From Bacillota bacterium (GTDB lineage: Bacteria > Bacillota > Clostridia > Peptostreptococcales > Anaerovoracaceae), in contig JAQXRN010000244.1 of assembly GCA_029218545.1 (NCBI GenBank), positions 1-61,745 on the forward strand: DNA of 61,745 nucleotides. The letters are read 5' to 3'. How positions within the stretch are numbered: position 1 is the stretch's first letter; every line of letters begins with the position of its first letter. The notes below the pieces were generated by a model, which worked only from the letters and a program-made list of their open reading frames with translations, did not search any database and had not been told where the DNA came from. The position numbers and the translations under genes are program-made. Below are positions 20,398 through 33,171 of the stretch, piece after piece.

Positions 20398-21471
20398 ATG
20401 GAGTACAAAATAGCAGTAATACCCGGAGATGGAATAGGTCCGGAGGTAGTTGGCGAAGCCATTAAAGTTTTAGATGCAGTAGCAAAAAAATACGAGCACA
20501 CTTTTAACTATGAATATCTCTTAGCAGGAGGATGCGCAATAGATGCTACAGGTGAATGTCTTCCTGTTGAAACAGTTGAGAAAGCAAAGGCAAGTGACGC
20601 TGTTCTTCTAGGTGCTGTCGGTGGTCCGAAATGGGATAATCTACCCGGTGATAAGAGACCTGAAAGGGCTCTTCTAGGTTTAAGAAGTGCACTTGGCTTA
20701 TTTGCCAATCTGAGACCTGCTATTATGTTTGATGAATTAAAAGATGCATGCCCATTAAGACCGGAAAAAGTAGCCGGAGGTTTAGATATCATGGTTGTGC
20801 GTGAACTAACAGGTGGCATTTACTTTGGTGAAAGAGGAACAAAGCAAACCGAAGAAATGGGAATGGCTGCATATGACATAGAAGAATATTCGGAAAAAGA
20901 AATTGAAAGAATTGCTGAAATTGCCTTCGATCTTGCAATGAAAAGAAATAAAAAAGTAACAAGTATCGATAAGGCCAATGTACTTGAAAGCTCAAGATTA
21001 TGGAGAAAGACAGTTGCCAAAATAGCAGAAAAATATCCGGAAGTGACAGTTGAAAATCTTTATGTAGATAATGCTTCCATGCAGCTTGTTCATAATCCAC
21101 AGCAGTTTGATGTCTTAGTAACAAACAACATTTTTGGAGACATTCTTTCAGATGAGGCCAGCATGATTACAGGATCTATAGGAATGCTTCCATCTGCAAG
21201 TCTTGCAAAAGGTGCATTTGGAATGTATGAACCTATTCATGGTTCAGCACCTGACATCGCAGGTACCGGCAAAGCAAATCCTATGGCTACTATTTTATCA
21301 GTTGCAATGATGATGAAATATACTTTTGGTTTGATAGAAGAAGCCGATGCTATCAATAACGCTGTAGAAAAAGTATTAGTTGAAGGATATAGAACTTCAG
21401 ATATAATGACAGAGGGTAAGACTCTTGTTAATACAACTGAAGTAGGAGACCTTGTGGCAGCTAGAATCTAA
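20398..21471 (+). CDS. leuB: 3-isopropylmalate dehydrogenase
   Basis: 357 aa with the signature [26 protein letters not shown]. Confidence 0.95.
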   Translation: MEYKIAVIPGDGIGPEVVGEAIKVLDAVAKKYEHTFNYEYLLAGGCAIDATGECLPVETVEKAKASDAVLLGAVGGPKWDNLPGDKRPERALLGLRSALGLFANLRPAIMFDELKDACPLRPEKVAGGLDIMVVRELTGGIYFGERGTKQTEEMGMAAYDIEEYSEKEIERIAEIAFDLAMKRNKKVTSIDKANVLESSRLWRKTVAKIAEKYPEVTVENLYVDNASMQLVHNPQQFDVLVTNNIFGDILSDEASMITGSIGMLPSASLAKGAFGMYEPIHGSAPDIAGTGKANPMATILSVAMMMKYTFGLIEEADAINNAVEKVLVEGYRTSDIMTEGKTLVNTTEVGDLVAARI

Positions 21472-21488
21472 CAGGGAGTTTCTTAACA

Positions 21489-22732
21489 ATGGAAGATATT
21501 ACAAAAAAATTGTTGATATTTAGTAATGCAAAGGATTATTTTGAGAAATCAACTGAAAATAATTCAATTGACATACTTAACAAAATGCTTGTTTTAGCAA
21601 ACAAGCACGGCTTCAATGGGAATATCTGGAAAAGCTATGTGGCATATTATATAGCCATGAATGAAAATCCGTTTTCTTTATCTGTAGAAAAAACAAGTGC
21701 TGAAAACATTGGAAATATAAAAATATTAGCAAAGAGTGATTGTGCTGTTTTAAAAAAGCTTTTCGATTCGGATATATCAGATATATTAACTGATATTCCA
21801 GAAGATTGTATTGATGCCCTTTATAATTATGATAACAAATATGGACTCGATCAGGCTGGCACAAAAATTGAGCAATTAAAGGTAAGGCTTGAAAACGCTT
21901 TGTCCGAAACGGAGTTTTATGAGACAGTTTTAAGCTTTTATGTAGATGAGGGAGTTGGTGCAATAGGTCTGAACAAAGCATTTGTTCTCAAAGAAAATTC
22001 AGCAAAACCTGTCTTAACAGCTATAAAAAGCACAGACAATGTTATGCTTTCTGATTTAGTCGGTTACGAAGTGCAAAAGAAGCGTTTGCTTGATAATACC
22101 ATTGCATTTATAGAAGGACGTTCAGCAAATAATGTTTTACTGTATGGCGATGGAGGCACAGGTAAATCAACCAGTATCAGAGCTATTTGCAACCAATTCA
22201 GTCCAAAGGGTTTACGAGTCATTCAGATATACAGACATCAGATGAAGTATCTGAACCAGCTGATAGATAAACTTAAAGGCAGAAATTACAAGTTTATTAT
22301 CTATATGGATGATTTATCCTTTGAAGATTTTGAAACTGAATATAAATATCTAAAAGCTATTATTGAAGGAGGTCTTGAACCAAGACCTAAAAACCTTCTT
22401 ATATATGCAACTTCAAACAGAAGACATTTAATTAAGGAAACTTGGAATGATCGTGATGACATGGTACAAGATGGTGACATGCATCAGAGTGATTCCATGG
22501 AAGAAAAACTTAGTCTTGCAGAAAGATTCGGAATTCAGATATATTACGGAAAACCAACAGTTGATGAATTCCACAATATAGTCGAAACTTTAGCGAAAAG
22601 GGAATGCATTGAAGTTGATATGGAATTTCTTCATAAAGAAGCGACTAAATGGGAAATACGCTATGGAAGTGTTTCAGGAAGAAGCGCTCGACAATTCATA
22701 GATTATATCAAAGGAATGGAGGAAACGTTAAA

Positions 22733-22736
<4 letters not shown>
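21489..22736 (+). CDS. DUF815 / COG2607-type AAA+ ATPase of unknown function
   Basis: 415 aa with Walker A LLYGDGGTGKST, Walker B FIIYMDDLSFED, ATSNRRHL and a C-terminal SGRSARQF. It starts 17 nt after leuB, and its TGA overlaps the ilvB ATG (ATGA). Confidence 0.8.
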
Positions 22737-24400
<1,664 letters not shown>

Positions 24401-24416
24401 AGGAGGATAAGGATAT

Positions 24417-24890
24417 ATGAAAAGAGAAGTAGTAAGCGTATATGTTGAAAATAAACCTAATGTTTTATCCAGAGTTATCAGCCTTTACGGTAGAAGAGGT
24501 TTTAACATCGAATCATTAACTGTATCTGCAACTAATGATCCGACAATTTCAAGAGTAACCATTACCTTTGAAGGCGATACACTTACACTGGCACAAATTG
24601 TATCTCAGACTGAAAAGCTTGAAGTAGTAAAAAAGATAATGACATTAAACAATGACACAAGTTTTTTCAGGGAACTGCTTTTAGTAAAGGTTAAAGCTGA
24701 CAAAGAAATAAGAGGTAACGTAAAAGAAATAGCTGACATCTATAGAGCAAAAGTTATTCATCTTGAACCAGAATACCTTGTTTTAGAACTGACAGGACGA
24801 CCTGAAAAACTTGATGCCTTCCTTAAAATATTAAAGGAGTTTGAAATTATTGATGTTTGCAGAACCGGTATTTCCGGAATAGAAAAATAA
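24417..24890 (+). CDS. ilvN: Acetolactate synthase small (regulatory, ACT domain) subunit
   Basis: 157 aa with an ACT-domain N-terminus (VYVENKPNVLSRVISLYGRRGFNIESL). It immediately follows ilvB. Confidence 0.9.
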   Translation: MKREVVSVYVENKPNVLSRVISLYGRRGFNIESLTVSATNDPTISRVTITFEGDTLTLAQIVSQTEKLEVVKKIMTLNNDTSFFRELLLVKVKADKEIRGNVKEIADIYRAKVIHLEPEYLVLELTGRPEKLDAFLKILKEFEIIDVCRTGISGIEK

Positions 24891-24910
24891 ATAACTATCG
24901 TATAAAATAA

Positions 24911-25933
<1,023 letters not shown>

Positions 25934-25959
25934 TAGACCGTTAGAAAGGTATGACTAAA

Positions 25960-27624
25960 ATGAAAATAAGAAGTCAAAAAGTAACTGAAGGTATAGAAAA
26001 GGCGCCTATGCGCAGCCTTTTCTATGCAATGGGATATACAGAAGAAGAACTTGCAAAACCTTTGATTGCTGTTGTTTCAGCTCACAGTGAAATTGTACCA
26101 GGACATATGCACCTTGACAAAATAACTGAGGCTGTAAAGGCAGGAGTCAGAATGGCCGGCGGTACACCTATTATGGTTCCTGCAATCGGGGTATGTGACG
26201 GAATTGCAATGGGTCATATCGGTATGAAATACTCTCTTGCAAGCCGCGAACTTATCGCAGACAGCGTAGAGACAATGGTTATGGCACATGCTTTTGACGG
26301 TGCTGTTCTAGTTCCAAATTGTGATAAAATCGTTCCAGGTATGGTAATGGCTGCATGCAGAATGGATATTTCTGCTGTAGTTTGCTCCGGCGGTCCAATG
26401 ATGAGCGGTCTTGTAGGTGGAACTGAAACATCATTATCAAAGATGTTTGAAGCTGTTGGTGCTAGAAAAGCAGGTATTATCGATGATGAAGGACTTCTCG
26501 AATATGAACAGAATACATGTCCTGGATGTGGATCCTGCTCAGGTATGTATACAGCAAACAGCATGAACTGTTTATGCGAAGCTATAGGAATTGCACTTCC
26601 CGGTAACGGAAGCATTCCTGCAGTATCAAGCAGAAGAATTATGCTTGCAAAGCATGCCGGTATGGCAATCATGAATCTTGTTGAGAATAACATTACAACA
26701 AGAGATATCATTAACGAAAAATCAATCAGAAATGCAATTGCATGTGATATGGCCTTAGGTTGTTCTTCAAACAGCGTTTTACACCTTCTTGCTATCGCAA
26801 AAGAAGCTGGTGTAGATGTTGATTTAAACTTATTTAACGAAATCAGCCAGGTTACACCTAACTTGTGTCATTTAGCTCCTGCAGGCGGTACACATATGCA
26901 TGACCTTGATAATGCAGGTGGTGTACAGGCTGTTTTAGCACAGCTTGCTTCAAAAGGTTTAGTAGATACATCTCTTCCAACTGTTTCAGGAAAAACTGTT
27001 GCAGAAAACATTAAGGGCAGAATTATTAAAGATGAAAACGCTATTAGACCGATAGATAATCCATACAGCAAAACCGGCGGTATTGCTATTTTATGGGGTA
27101 ATATTGCAAAAGATGGATGCGTAGTAAAGAGAAGTGCTGTTGCACCTGAAATGCTGGTTCATTCCGGTCCAGCAAGAGTATTTAACAGCGAAGAAGAGGC
27201 TATTGAAGCTATCTATGCCGGTAAAATTACCGACGGTCAGGTAGTAGTTATCAGATATGAAGGTCCAAAAGGTGGTCCTGGAATGCGCGAAATGCTTAAT
27301 CCAACAAGTGCACTTGCAGGTATGAATCTTGACAAAACAGTTGCTCTTATTACAGATGGCAGATTCAGTGGTGCAAGCCGCGGAGCATCTATCGGACATG
27401 TAAGCCCTGAAGCTGCTGATGGCGGATTAATTGGATTAATTGAAGAAGGGGATATCATTGAAATCAATATTCCAGAGTATTCAATAAATGCCAAGGTCTC
27501 CGATGAGGAATTCGAAAGAAGAAAAGCAAAATATGTTGCACCAGAACCAAATGTAAAAGGTGGATGGCTTGAAAGATATTCAAGATTAGTTTCATCTGCC
27601 AATACCGGTGCTGTATTAAAGTAA
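25960..27624 (+). CDS. ilvD: Dihydroxy-acid dehydratase
   Basis: Motifs [25 protein letters not shown] and [16 protein letters not shown]. The ATG at 25960 has better SD spacing than the ATG at 25951. Confidence 0.93.
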   Translation: MKIRSQKVTEGIEKAPMRSLFYAMGYTEEELAKPLIAVVSAHSEIVPGHMHLDKITEAVKAGVRMAGGTPIMVPAIGVCDGIAMGHIGMKYSLASRELIADSVETMVMAHAFDGAVLVPNCDKIVPGMVMAACRMDISAVVCSGGPMMSGLVGGTETSLSKMFEAVGARKAGIIDDEGLLEYEQNTCPGCGSCSGMYTANSMNCLCEAIGIALPGNGSIPAVSSRRIMLAKHAGMAIMNLVENNITTRDIINEKSIRNAIACDMALGCSSNSVLHLLAIAKEAGVDVDLNLFNEISQVTPNLCHLAPAGGTHMHDLDNAGGVQAVLAQLASKGLVDTSLPTVSGKTVAENIKGRIIKDENAIRPIDNPYSKTGGIAILWGNIAKDGCVVKRSAVAPEMLVHSGPARVFNSEEEAIEAIYAGKITDGQVVVIRYEGPKGGPGMREMLNPTSALAGMNLDKTVALITDGRFSGASRGASIGHVSPEAADGGLIGLIEEGDIIEINIPEYSINAKVSDEEFERRKAKYVAPEPNVKGGWLERYSRLVSSANTGAVLK

Positions 27625-27657
27625 AGTTCATTAAAACTGTAGAAAGGGATGATTAAA

Positions 27658-28728
27658 ATGAAATATTCATTTCCAATAACAAAGACTAGTAATCCAAAGC
27701 AAAAGCCAGATCCAAATAATCTTCCTTTTGGTGTTTACTTTACAGATCATATGTTTGTTATGGATTATACTGAAGGAAAGGGATGGCATGATGGAAGAAT
27801 TGTTCCATATGCACCACTTGAACTGGATCCAGCCAGTTTAGTTCTTCATTATGGTCAGGAAATGTTCGAAGGCTTAAAAGCATATAAGACAAAAGAAGGT
27901 AAGGTCCAGCTGTTCAGACCTGATATGAACGCTAAGAGAACTAATAATACAAACGACAGAATGTGCATGCCTAGAATTGACGAAGAATTATATGTTGAGG
28001 CTATTAAAGCCATAGTAAACGTTGATAAAGATTGGATACCTGAAGCAAAGGATACATCACTTTATATCAGACCGTTTATGATCGCTACACAGCCAAAATT
28101 AGGCGTAGTTGCATCATCAACATATAAGTTCATAATCATTTTAAGCCCTGTTGGACCTTATTATACTAACGGTCTTGCACCAACTAAGATCTATGTTGAA
28201 AATGAATACATTAGATCCGCTATGGGTGGTACAGGCTTCGCAAAAATCGGTGGCAATTATGCTGCTGCAATGATTGCTGAAAAGAAAGCACATGATATGG
28301 GATATGACCAGGTTCTTTGGCTTGATGCAAAGGAAAAGAAGTATGTTGAAGAAATCGGTACTTCCAACGCTTTCTTTAAGATAGATGGCGAAATATACAC
28401 ATCTTCATTAGTTGGAACAATTCTTCCGGGTATCACCAGAGCTTCTATGATTGAAGTAATGAAAGACTGGGGATACAAGGTTAATGAAACTAGATTTACT
28501 ATCGACTTTGTTTATAAGGCAGCAGAAGAAGGTAAACTTGAAGAAGTATTCGCAACAGGAACTGCAGCTGTTATTTCTCCTGTAGGCGAATTAAGCTGGG
28601 AAGGAAAGAAACTTGTTATCAACAATAATGAAATCGGTGAATTGTCACAGAGACTGTATGATGAATTATACGGCATTCAGACAGGTCTTGTTGAAGATAC
28701 AAGAGGTTGGACAGTTCCAGTAGAATAA
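27658..28728 (+). CDS. ilvE: Branched-chain amino acid aminotransferase (class IV)
   Basis: About 356 aa with EGLKAYK and GGTGFAKIGGNYAA motifs. The ATG at 27658 lies 9 nt after AAAGGG. Confidence 0.9.
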   Translation: MKYSFPITKTSNPKQKPDPNNLPFGVYFTDHMFVMDYTEGKGWHDGRIVPYAPLELDPASLVLHYGQEMFEGLKAYKTKEGKVQLFRPDMNAKRTNNTNDRMCMPRIDEELYVEAIKAIVNVDKDWIPEAKDTSLYIRPFMIATQPKLGVVASSTYKFIIILSPVGPYYTNGLAPTKIYVENEYIRSAMGGTGFAKIGGNYAAAMIAEKKAHDMGYDQVLWLDAKEKKYVEEIGTSNAFFKIDGEIYTSSLVGTILPGITRASMIEVMKDWGYKVNETRFTIDFVYKAAEEGKLEEVFATGTAAVISPVGELSWEGKKLVINNNEIGELSQRLYDELYGIQTGLVEDTRGWTVPVE

Positions 28729-28761
28729 AGAATATTTGACATTGGTCCTATTGATATGAAG

Positions 28762-28797
28762 AAGCATTTGACAAATCAGTTTGTTGAATGCTTTTTT
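28762..28797 (+). terminator. Rho-independent terminator ending the leu/ilv operon
   Basis: A 14-bp stem (AAGCATTTGACAAA / TTTGTTGAATGCTT, with two G-U pairs), a 4-nt loop, then a T6 tract. Confidence 0.8.
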
Positions 28798-28824
28798 CAT
28801 TGCAAAAAAACATAATGATTAAAG

Positions 28825-28852
28825 TAATAAACTTGGCTATCTTTCATAGAAT
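28825..28852 (+). promoter_or_regulatory. Candidate sigma-E-type sporulation promoter for spoIIIA (TAATAAA-13 nt-CATAGAAT)
   Basis: It resembles the B. subtilis sigma-E consensus (xxATAxx / CATACAxT) and lies 28 nt upstream of the spoIIIAA ATG. B. subtilis spoIIIA is sigma-E dependent. Confidence 0.4.
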
Positions 28853-28880
28853 TTATTAAACACATGAAAAGGGGACAATT

Positions 28881-29756
28881 ATGGAAGGTTTTCAAAGAAT
28901 ATTAGAACATATACCACCATCCATATCTTCAGAGTTGTTTTTGATTCCACAAAACATAATAGATAATGTTGAAGAATTGCGATTAAGATGCGGATATCCC
29001 GTTATTTTGAAGACATCATCAGGTGAGATTATTCAATCAAGGAAAATTACAAGAGAAGATTTGAATAGTATTTTATCATCTCTTGTTAAGTACTCCTATT
29101 ATGCTTATGAAGAGGATCTGGCACAGGGATTTATTACAATTAGCGGTGGACATCGCGTTGGAATTTGTGGAAAAGCAGTCATAAACAATGATAAACCAAC
29201 ATTAATAAGGGAAATAAGTTCATTAAATATTAGATTTGCAAAAGATATAGTAGGTTGCTGTATTCCTATGATTCCGCAATTAATAAAAAATAATCGTCCT
29301 GTAAACACACTGGTAATTTCACCACCGGGATGCGGTAAAACAACATTGTTAAGAGATATGGCAAGGCAATTAAGTATAAGAAATATAAACGTAGCAATAT
29401 GCGATGACCGCTCAGAAATTGCCGGAATGTACGAATCTAAATCAAGCTTTAATCTTGGTCCACGTGTAGATGTACTTGATGGCTGTGATAAATCATACGG
29501 CATATCCATTTTGATAAGGTCTATGGCACCCCAGGTAATAATTACAGATGAAATAGGTAAAAAAACGGACATTCCGGCAATTGAGCAGTGTTTGAGTGCA
29601 GGTGTCTGCCTTATAACTTCAATACACGGTTCCAATATGGATGATATTATGTCATCGCATATTGCTTCCATTATTAGCAGAGGAGTTTTTAAAAACCTGA
29701 TTTTTTTGACAAATGAAGGGGGACCAGGCAGCATAAAGGAGATTAAGCATTGTTAA
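28881..29756 (+). CDS. spoIIIAA: Stage III sporulation protein AA (secretion-type ATPase)
   Basis: 291 aa with Walker A ISPPGCGKTTLLRD. It is the first gene of an eight-gene spoIIIA-ordered cluster. Confidence 0.9.
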   Translation: MEGFQRILEHIPPSISSELFLIPQNIIDNVEELRLRCGYPVILKTSSGEIIQSRKITREDLNSILSSLVKYSYYAYEEDLAQGFITISGGHRVGICGKAVINNDKPTLIREISSLNIRFAKDIVGCCIPMIPQLIKNNRPVNTLVISPPGCGKTTLLRDMARQLSIRNINVAICDDRSEIAGMYESKSSFNLGPRVDVLDGCDKSYGISILIRSMAPQVIITDEIGKKTDIPAIEQCLSAGVCLITSIHGSNMDDIMSSHIASIISRGVFKNLIFLTNEGGPGSIKEIKHC

Positions 29757-30265
29757 AATTAATTGGATTGACAGGTGTAATTATTTCTTTAGGCCTAGCA
29801 GGAATATGTAAATCAAAGCAAATGTATAGACGCTTGTTTCTATTAGAAGATTATTTTGAAATAATTATCAAAATAAAAAGTCAGATAGGATATTTTAAAG
29901 AACCTTTGCCAGAACTTTTCATAATGAATAAAACGAATAAAAACTCAAAGGCAGGCCTGCTTCTTAATAATATCGGTGAGGGGTTAAAAAACGGCTCAGT
30001 CGGTATAGAGGAATTGTGGAAAAGAGAAGTCAATTCACTATATAAGTCAGAGCCTATTAAAGAAGAAGATATAGTTACTTTTAATTATCCATGTTCATTT
30101 TTAGGAAAAACTGATTACGAAAATCAATTACTTCATTTTTCATATTTAGAGGAGAAACTAAATATGACCATAGAAAGAGTCAGAACAGAAATTGCAAATA
30201 AGACACCTATGTACAATAAAATAGGATTTTTTATAGGTGCAATAATAGCAATTCTGTTAATATGA
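29750..30265 (+). CDS. spoIIIAB: Stage III sporulation protein AB
   Basis: 171 aa, the same length as B. subtilis SpoIIIAB and with the same MLKL.G N-terminus. It has N- and C-terminal TM segments. The start is TTG, 8 nt after AAAGGAG. Confidence 0.85.
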   Translation: MLKLIGLTGVIISLGLAGICKSKQMYRRLFLLEDYFEIIIKIKSQIGYFKEPLPELFIMNKTNKNSKAGLLLNNIGEGLKNGSVGIEELWKREVNSLYKSEPIKEEDIVTFNYPCSFLGKTDYENQLLHFSYLEEKLNMTIERVRTEIANKTPMYNKIGFFIGAIIAILLI

Positions 30266-30274
30266 GGAGAAAAA

Positions 30275-30475
30275 ATGGATTTTGACATAAACATATTATT
30301 TAAAATAGCATCCATAGGTATTGCCATAGCTCTCTTAAATCAGATTCTAAATAAAGCAGGAAGAGAAGAAGCTGCTATGATGACAACTTTAGCCGGTGTA
30401 ATAATAGTCCTTGCTATCGTAATAAAAATGGTAAGCGAATTTTTTGATACAGTTAGAGTATTTTTGGAATTTTAA
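30275..30475 (+). CDS. spoIIIAC: Stage III sporulation protein AC
   Basis: 66 aa with two TM segments, at the expected position in the operon. Confidence 0.85.
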   Translation: MDFDINILFKIASIGIAIALLNQILNKAGREEAAMMTTLAGVIIVLAIVIKMVSEFFDTVRVFLEF

Positions 30476-30476
30476 A

Positions 30477-30866
30477 ATGATTTTCTTACTAAAAATTTGC
30501 CTTATAGGCTTAACATCAGTAATTCTCATTACTGTAGTAAAGGTATATAAGCCAGAGCTTTCAATAGAAATAACAATATGTGCATCTATTGTAATGCTAA
30601 TAATGATAATAGATGGTTTAAAAGGAAGTTTTCAGTATATAATCGATATTTACAACAATCTTAATACAGGTAAAGAATACTTTCCTATAATTTTGAAGGT
30701 CCTTGGGATAGCATATGTTACTGAATTTGCCGTAGCCTTATGCCAGGATGCAGGAGAAAAAACAATCGCATCAAAAATTGAACTGGCTGGTAAAGTCTGC
30801 ATATTTATTGCTGCTATCCCTGTGTTCAACTCACTTCTTACCTTATTAAACAGTATGATAAGATGA
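30477..30866 (+). CDS. spoIIIAD: Stage III sporulation protein AD
   Basis: About 129 aa. The conserved core LGIAYVTEFAVALCQDAGEKTIASKIELAGKV closely resembles B. subtilis SpoIIIAD. The ATG at 30477 is chosen by N-terminal alignment. Confidence 0.88.
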   Translation: MIFLLKICLIGLTSVILITVVKVYKPELSIEITICASIVMLIMIIDGLKGSFQYIIDIYNNLNTGKEYFPIILKVLGIAYVTEFAVALCQDAGEKTIASKIELAGKVCIFIAAIPVFNSLLTLLNSMIR

Positions 30867-31948
30867 ATTATGATGAAATACTAAAGGAACAATTTAATAA
30901 TATTAACAACGATGGTAAACTTGACGAACTTACAAAACAGACATCAAACCTTACAGAAGGCTTATCGGATGAATTTGTCCCGGAAAAGCTTTTAGATTCA
31001 ATACTAAATGGACAAAGTATTTTTTATGATTCACAGATTGTAAGTTCACTTAAGGAATTATTCCTTCTAGAAATAAAGAGTGCAATGGTAATATGCATAG
31101 AAATACTATTTATTTCTATTGTAATAGGAATTATAAAAGGGCTTTCAGACTCATTCAAAACAAAATCCGTGGCTGATATAAGTATGCTTATATGTACAAT
31201 GGTTATTATTGGCCTTTCTATAAACAGCCTCAAAACATCCTACAATTTAGCATTAGAAGCAACAACAATTATGGTTAATACTATGGAGATTTTAATACCT
31301 GTTTTAATAGGAATATTGATCTCAACAGGTGCGATTACGTCAGGAACCGTTTTAAGCCCATTTATTCTTGGAACAATAGGTGGCATGGCCTTGATAATAA
31401 AGAAATTTATCTTACCGGCTCTATTTTTATCATGTATCTTAAGTTTAATAAATAGTTTAACAGAAAAAGATTATGTAAATAAATTAGCAAAGCTTATTAG
31501 AAATGTATCTTTAGCCGTAACGGGGTTTCTCCTAGTAATTTTTTCAGGAATTATTACTTTACAAGGTCTTCTAACTGAGACAGCTGATAGCTTGCTACTT
31601 GATACAGCAAAGTTTTCTCTAAGTAACTTCATTCCAATTGTAGGGGGATTTACTTCTGATACGGTAGAATTATTTTTGAAGTGTATGTCTTCAATAAAAA
31701 ATGTGATAGGTATCTTTGGAATAATAACACTGGTTTTACTGCTTTTGATACCTGTGATGAAAATTCTGTCAATAGGTATTATTTATAAAATCACAGCCGC
31801 ATTAAGTGAGCCTATAAGTGACTCTAAAGTTTCTAGCGGGTTAAACGATATGGGCACCTCTATAATATACATTTGTGCAATAATGTTTTTTACATGCCTT
31901 TTATTTATAATATTTATCACTTCGATCTTAAGTATAGGGGGCACATGA
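30863..31948 (+). CDS. spoIIIAE: Stage III sporulation protein AE (polytopic membrane protein)
   Basis: 361 aa, multi-TM. Its start overlaps the spoIIIAD stop (ATGA). It has the expected position and topology. Confidence 0.88.
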   Translation: MNYDEILKEQFNNINNDGKLDELTKQTSNLTEGLSDEFVPEKLLDSILNGQSIFYDSQIVSSLKELFLLEIKSAMVICIEILFISIVIGIIKGLSDSFKTKSVADISMLICTMVIIGLSINSLKTSYNLALEATTIMVNTMEILIPVLIGILISTGAITSGTVLSPFILGTIGGMALIIKKFILPALFLSCILSLINSLTEKDYVNKLAKLIRNVSLAVTGFLLVIFSGIITLQGLLTETADSLLLDTAKFSLSNFIPIVGGFTSDTVELFLKCMSSIKNVIGIFGIITLVLLLLIPVMKILSIGIIYKITAALSEPISDSKVSSGLNDMGTSIIYICAIMFFTCLLFIIFITSILSIGGT

Positions 31949-32121
31949 TGACTTCAGTATATATTTTTATAAAAGATATATTTCTGATAATAATTTCTAT
32001 CTCTTTTTTTGAGATTCTTATACCTGACTCTAAGATATCAAAATATATAAAGTTTATCTTTTCAATGATAATTTTAGTAATAATACTGGAGCCGGTCTCA
32101 CTGTTTCTTCTAAATTTGTAA
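31945..32121 (+). CDS. spoIIIAF: SpoIIIAF-like protein, membrane segment only (about 58 aa; C-terminal soluble domain absent)
   Basis: Expected position. The N-terminus (IFLIIISISFFEILIPDSKISKYIKFIFSMIILVIILEP) resembles the two-TM N-terminus of SpoIIIAF (LLP...KY.K). The ORF stops after the second TM. Confidence 0.6.
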   Translation: MMTSVYIFIKDIFLIIISISFFEILIPDSKISKYIKFIFSMIILVIILEPVSLFLLNL

Positions 32122-32135
32122 TTTCTCAAAATTAG

Positions 32136-32163
32136 TAATATTTAAAAGCATTTTTCATATACA
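32136..32163 (+). promoter_or_regulatory. Candidate internal sigma-E-like promoter before spoIIIAG (TAATATT-13 nt-CATATACA)
   Basis: It has the same architecture as the candidate upstream of spoIIIAA. B. subtilis has an internal promoter serving spoIIIAG-AH. Confidence 0.3.
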
Positions 32164-32176
32164 TAGGAGTGTAATT

Positions 32177-32560
32177 ATGTTTGAAAACATCAATGGTAAC
32201 GCCAAAGGAATTTTAGGCAAAATAAATATAATAAAACTGATAACAGCACTTCTTATTGCTTCAATAGCTATTATCGCATTAAGCATTCTTACTGAAAGTA
32301 ATGATGGTCGTAAGCAGATAATAGATGATAATGGTGCATCAGAAAGGCAACTATGCAGCATACTTTCGACAATAGAAGGAGCCGGAAGTGTTGAGGCAAT
32401 GGTTGAATATGATACAGATAAAAAAGTGTGTGGAGTAATTATTACTGCTGAAGGAGCAAGCAATCCAATAGTAGCCAACAAGATTACCACAGGAGTTGCT
32501 ACTTTATATGGTATACCGTTTTCAAGTGTAATTGTATTTGAAAAAGAACAGGGGGAATGA
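32177..32560 (+). CDS. spoIIIAG: SpoIIIAG-like protein, short form (127 aa)
   Basis: An N-terminal TM segment is followed by a ring-building-motif-like core (ERQLCSILSTIEGAGSVEAMVEY...VCGVIITAEGASNPIVANKITTGVATLYGIPFSSVIVFE). This parallels B. subtilis ...IIGVDDVSVVVNV...IRGVLVVAQGVDN...RVAV. Expected position. Confidence 0.72.
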   Translation: MFENINGNAKGILGKINIIKLITALLIASIAIIALSILTESNDGRKQIIDDNGASERQLCSILSTIEGAGSVEAMVEYDTDKKVCGVIITAEGASNPIVANKITTGVATLYGIPFSSVIVFEKEQGE

Positions 32561-33096
32561 CCTTGAAAAAATTAAAATTAAGTTATAAATCTATCCTTTA
32601 TAAAAGCAAAAGACTGGCGGTACTCGCTTTAGTACTGGTTTTTTGCACAGGTTTAATGGTATCGGGTGTGTTAGATGAAAATGAAGATGTACCTGTTCAT
32701 GATGGAGAAGTATTGGTAGATAGCCTTGCCGTGTCAGAGGATACTTCTGTAAAAGGTGATTTCGATTCAATGAGAGCAGAACTTGATTTGAGCAGGAACA
32801 AATTACTTGCATCATTAGATCAAACAATTAATAACTCAAGCAATGAAAATGAAAAAGACAATGCAGCAAAGGAAAAACAAAGAATTATGGGTTATATGGA
32901 AAAAGAACTTGCAATAGAAAGCAATATTAAATCCAAAAATCTCCCTGCATCTTTTGTACTTATCACTGAAAAAAGCATCAGCATTACAGTAGATAAGCAG
33001 GAACTTGATACAAATACAGTTGCTAAAATCTGTGATATAGCTATGAGGGAAACAGGGAAGAAGGCTGACAGTATTATTATTCAAAGCAAATACTGA
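32557..33096 (+). CDS. spoIIIAH: Stage III sporulation protein AH
   Basis: 179 aa with an N-terminal TM segment and a C-terminal YscJ/FliF-like region. It is the last gene of the cluster, and its start overlaps the spoIIIAG stop. Confidence 0.82.
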   Translation: MTLKKLKLSYKSILYKSKRLAVLALVLVFCTGLMVSGVLDENEDVPVHDGEVLVDSLAVSEDTSVKGDFDSMRAELDLSRNKLLASLDQTINNSSNENEKDNAAKEKQRIMGYMEKELAIESNIKSKNLPASFVLITEKSISITVDKQELDTNTVAKICDIAMRETGKKADSIIIQSKY

Positions 33097-33113
33097 TACA
33101 TATGTGTGTTTTT

Positions 33114-33152
33114 AATACCTCGGGACTGATAGGTTTTGAGGTATTTTTCTTT
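33114..33152 (+). terminator. Rho-independent terminator after spoIIIAH
   Basis: AATACCTC (33114-33121) pairs with GAGGTATT (33138-33145), followed by TTTCTTT. Confidence 0.7.
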
Positions 33153-33171
33153 GCAATTTCTTAACACATGA

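Noticed and set aside
28756-28815. A 19-codon ORF (MKKHLTNQFVECFFHCKKT) in the ilvE-spoIIIAA gap.
   Set aside because: It has no SD, and it is composed of the two arms and T-tract of the ilvE terminator hairpin.
29105-29734. A long antisense ORF (209 aa) opposite spoIIIAA. Similar antisense or alternate-frame ORFs occur at 17465-17905, 26214-26711, 39638-40090, 46492-46941, 52240-52659, 59650-60186 and 13775-14131, among others.
   Set aside because: Each is fully embedded opposite or inside a gene with strong family motifs. Their translations are low-complexity (Ser/Ile/Pro-rich) with no recognisable motifs, and they have no SD. This is the expected by-product of codon bias in AT-rich coding DNA.
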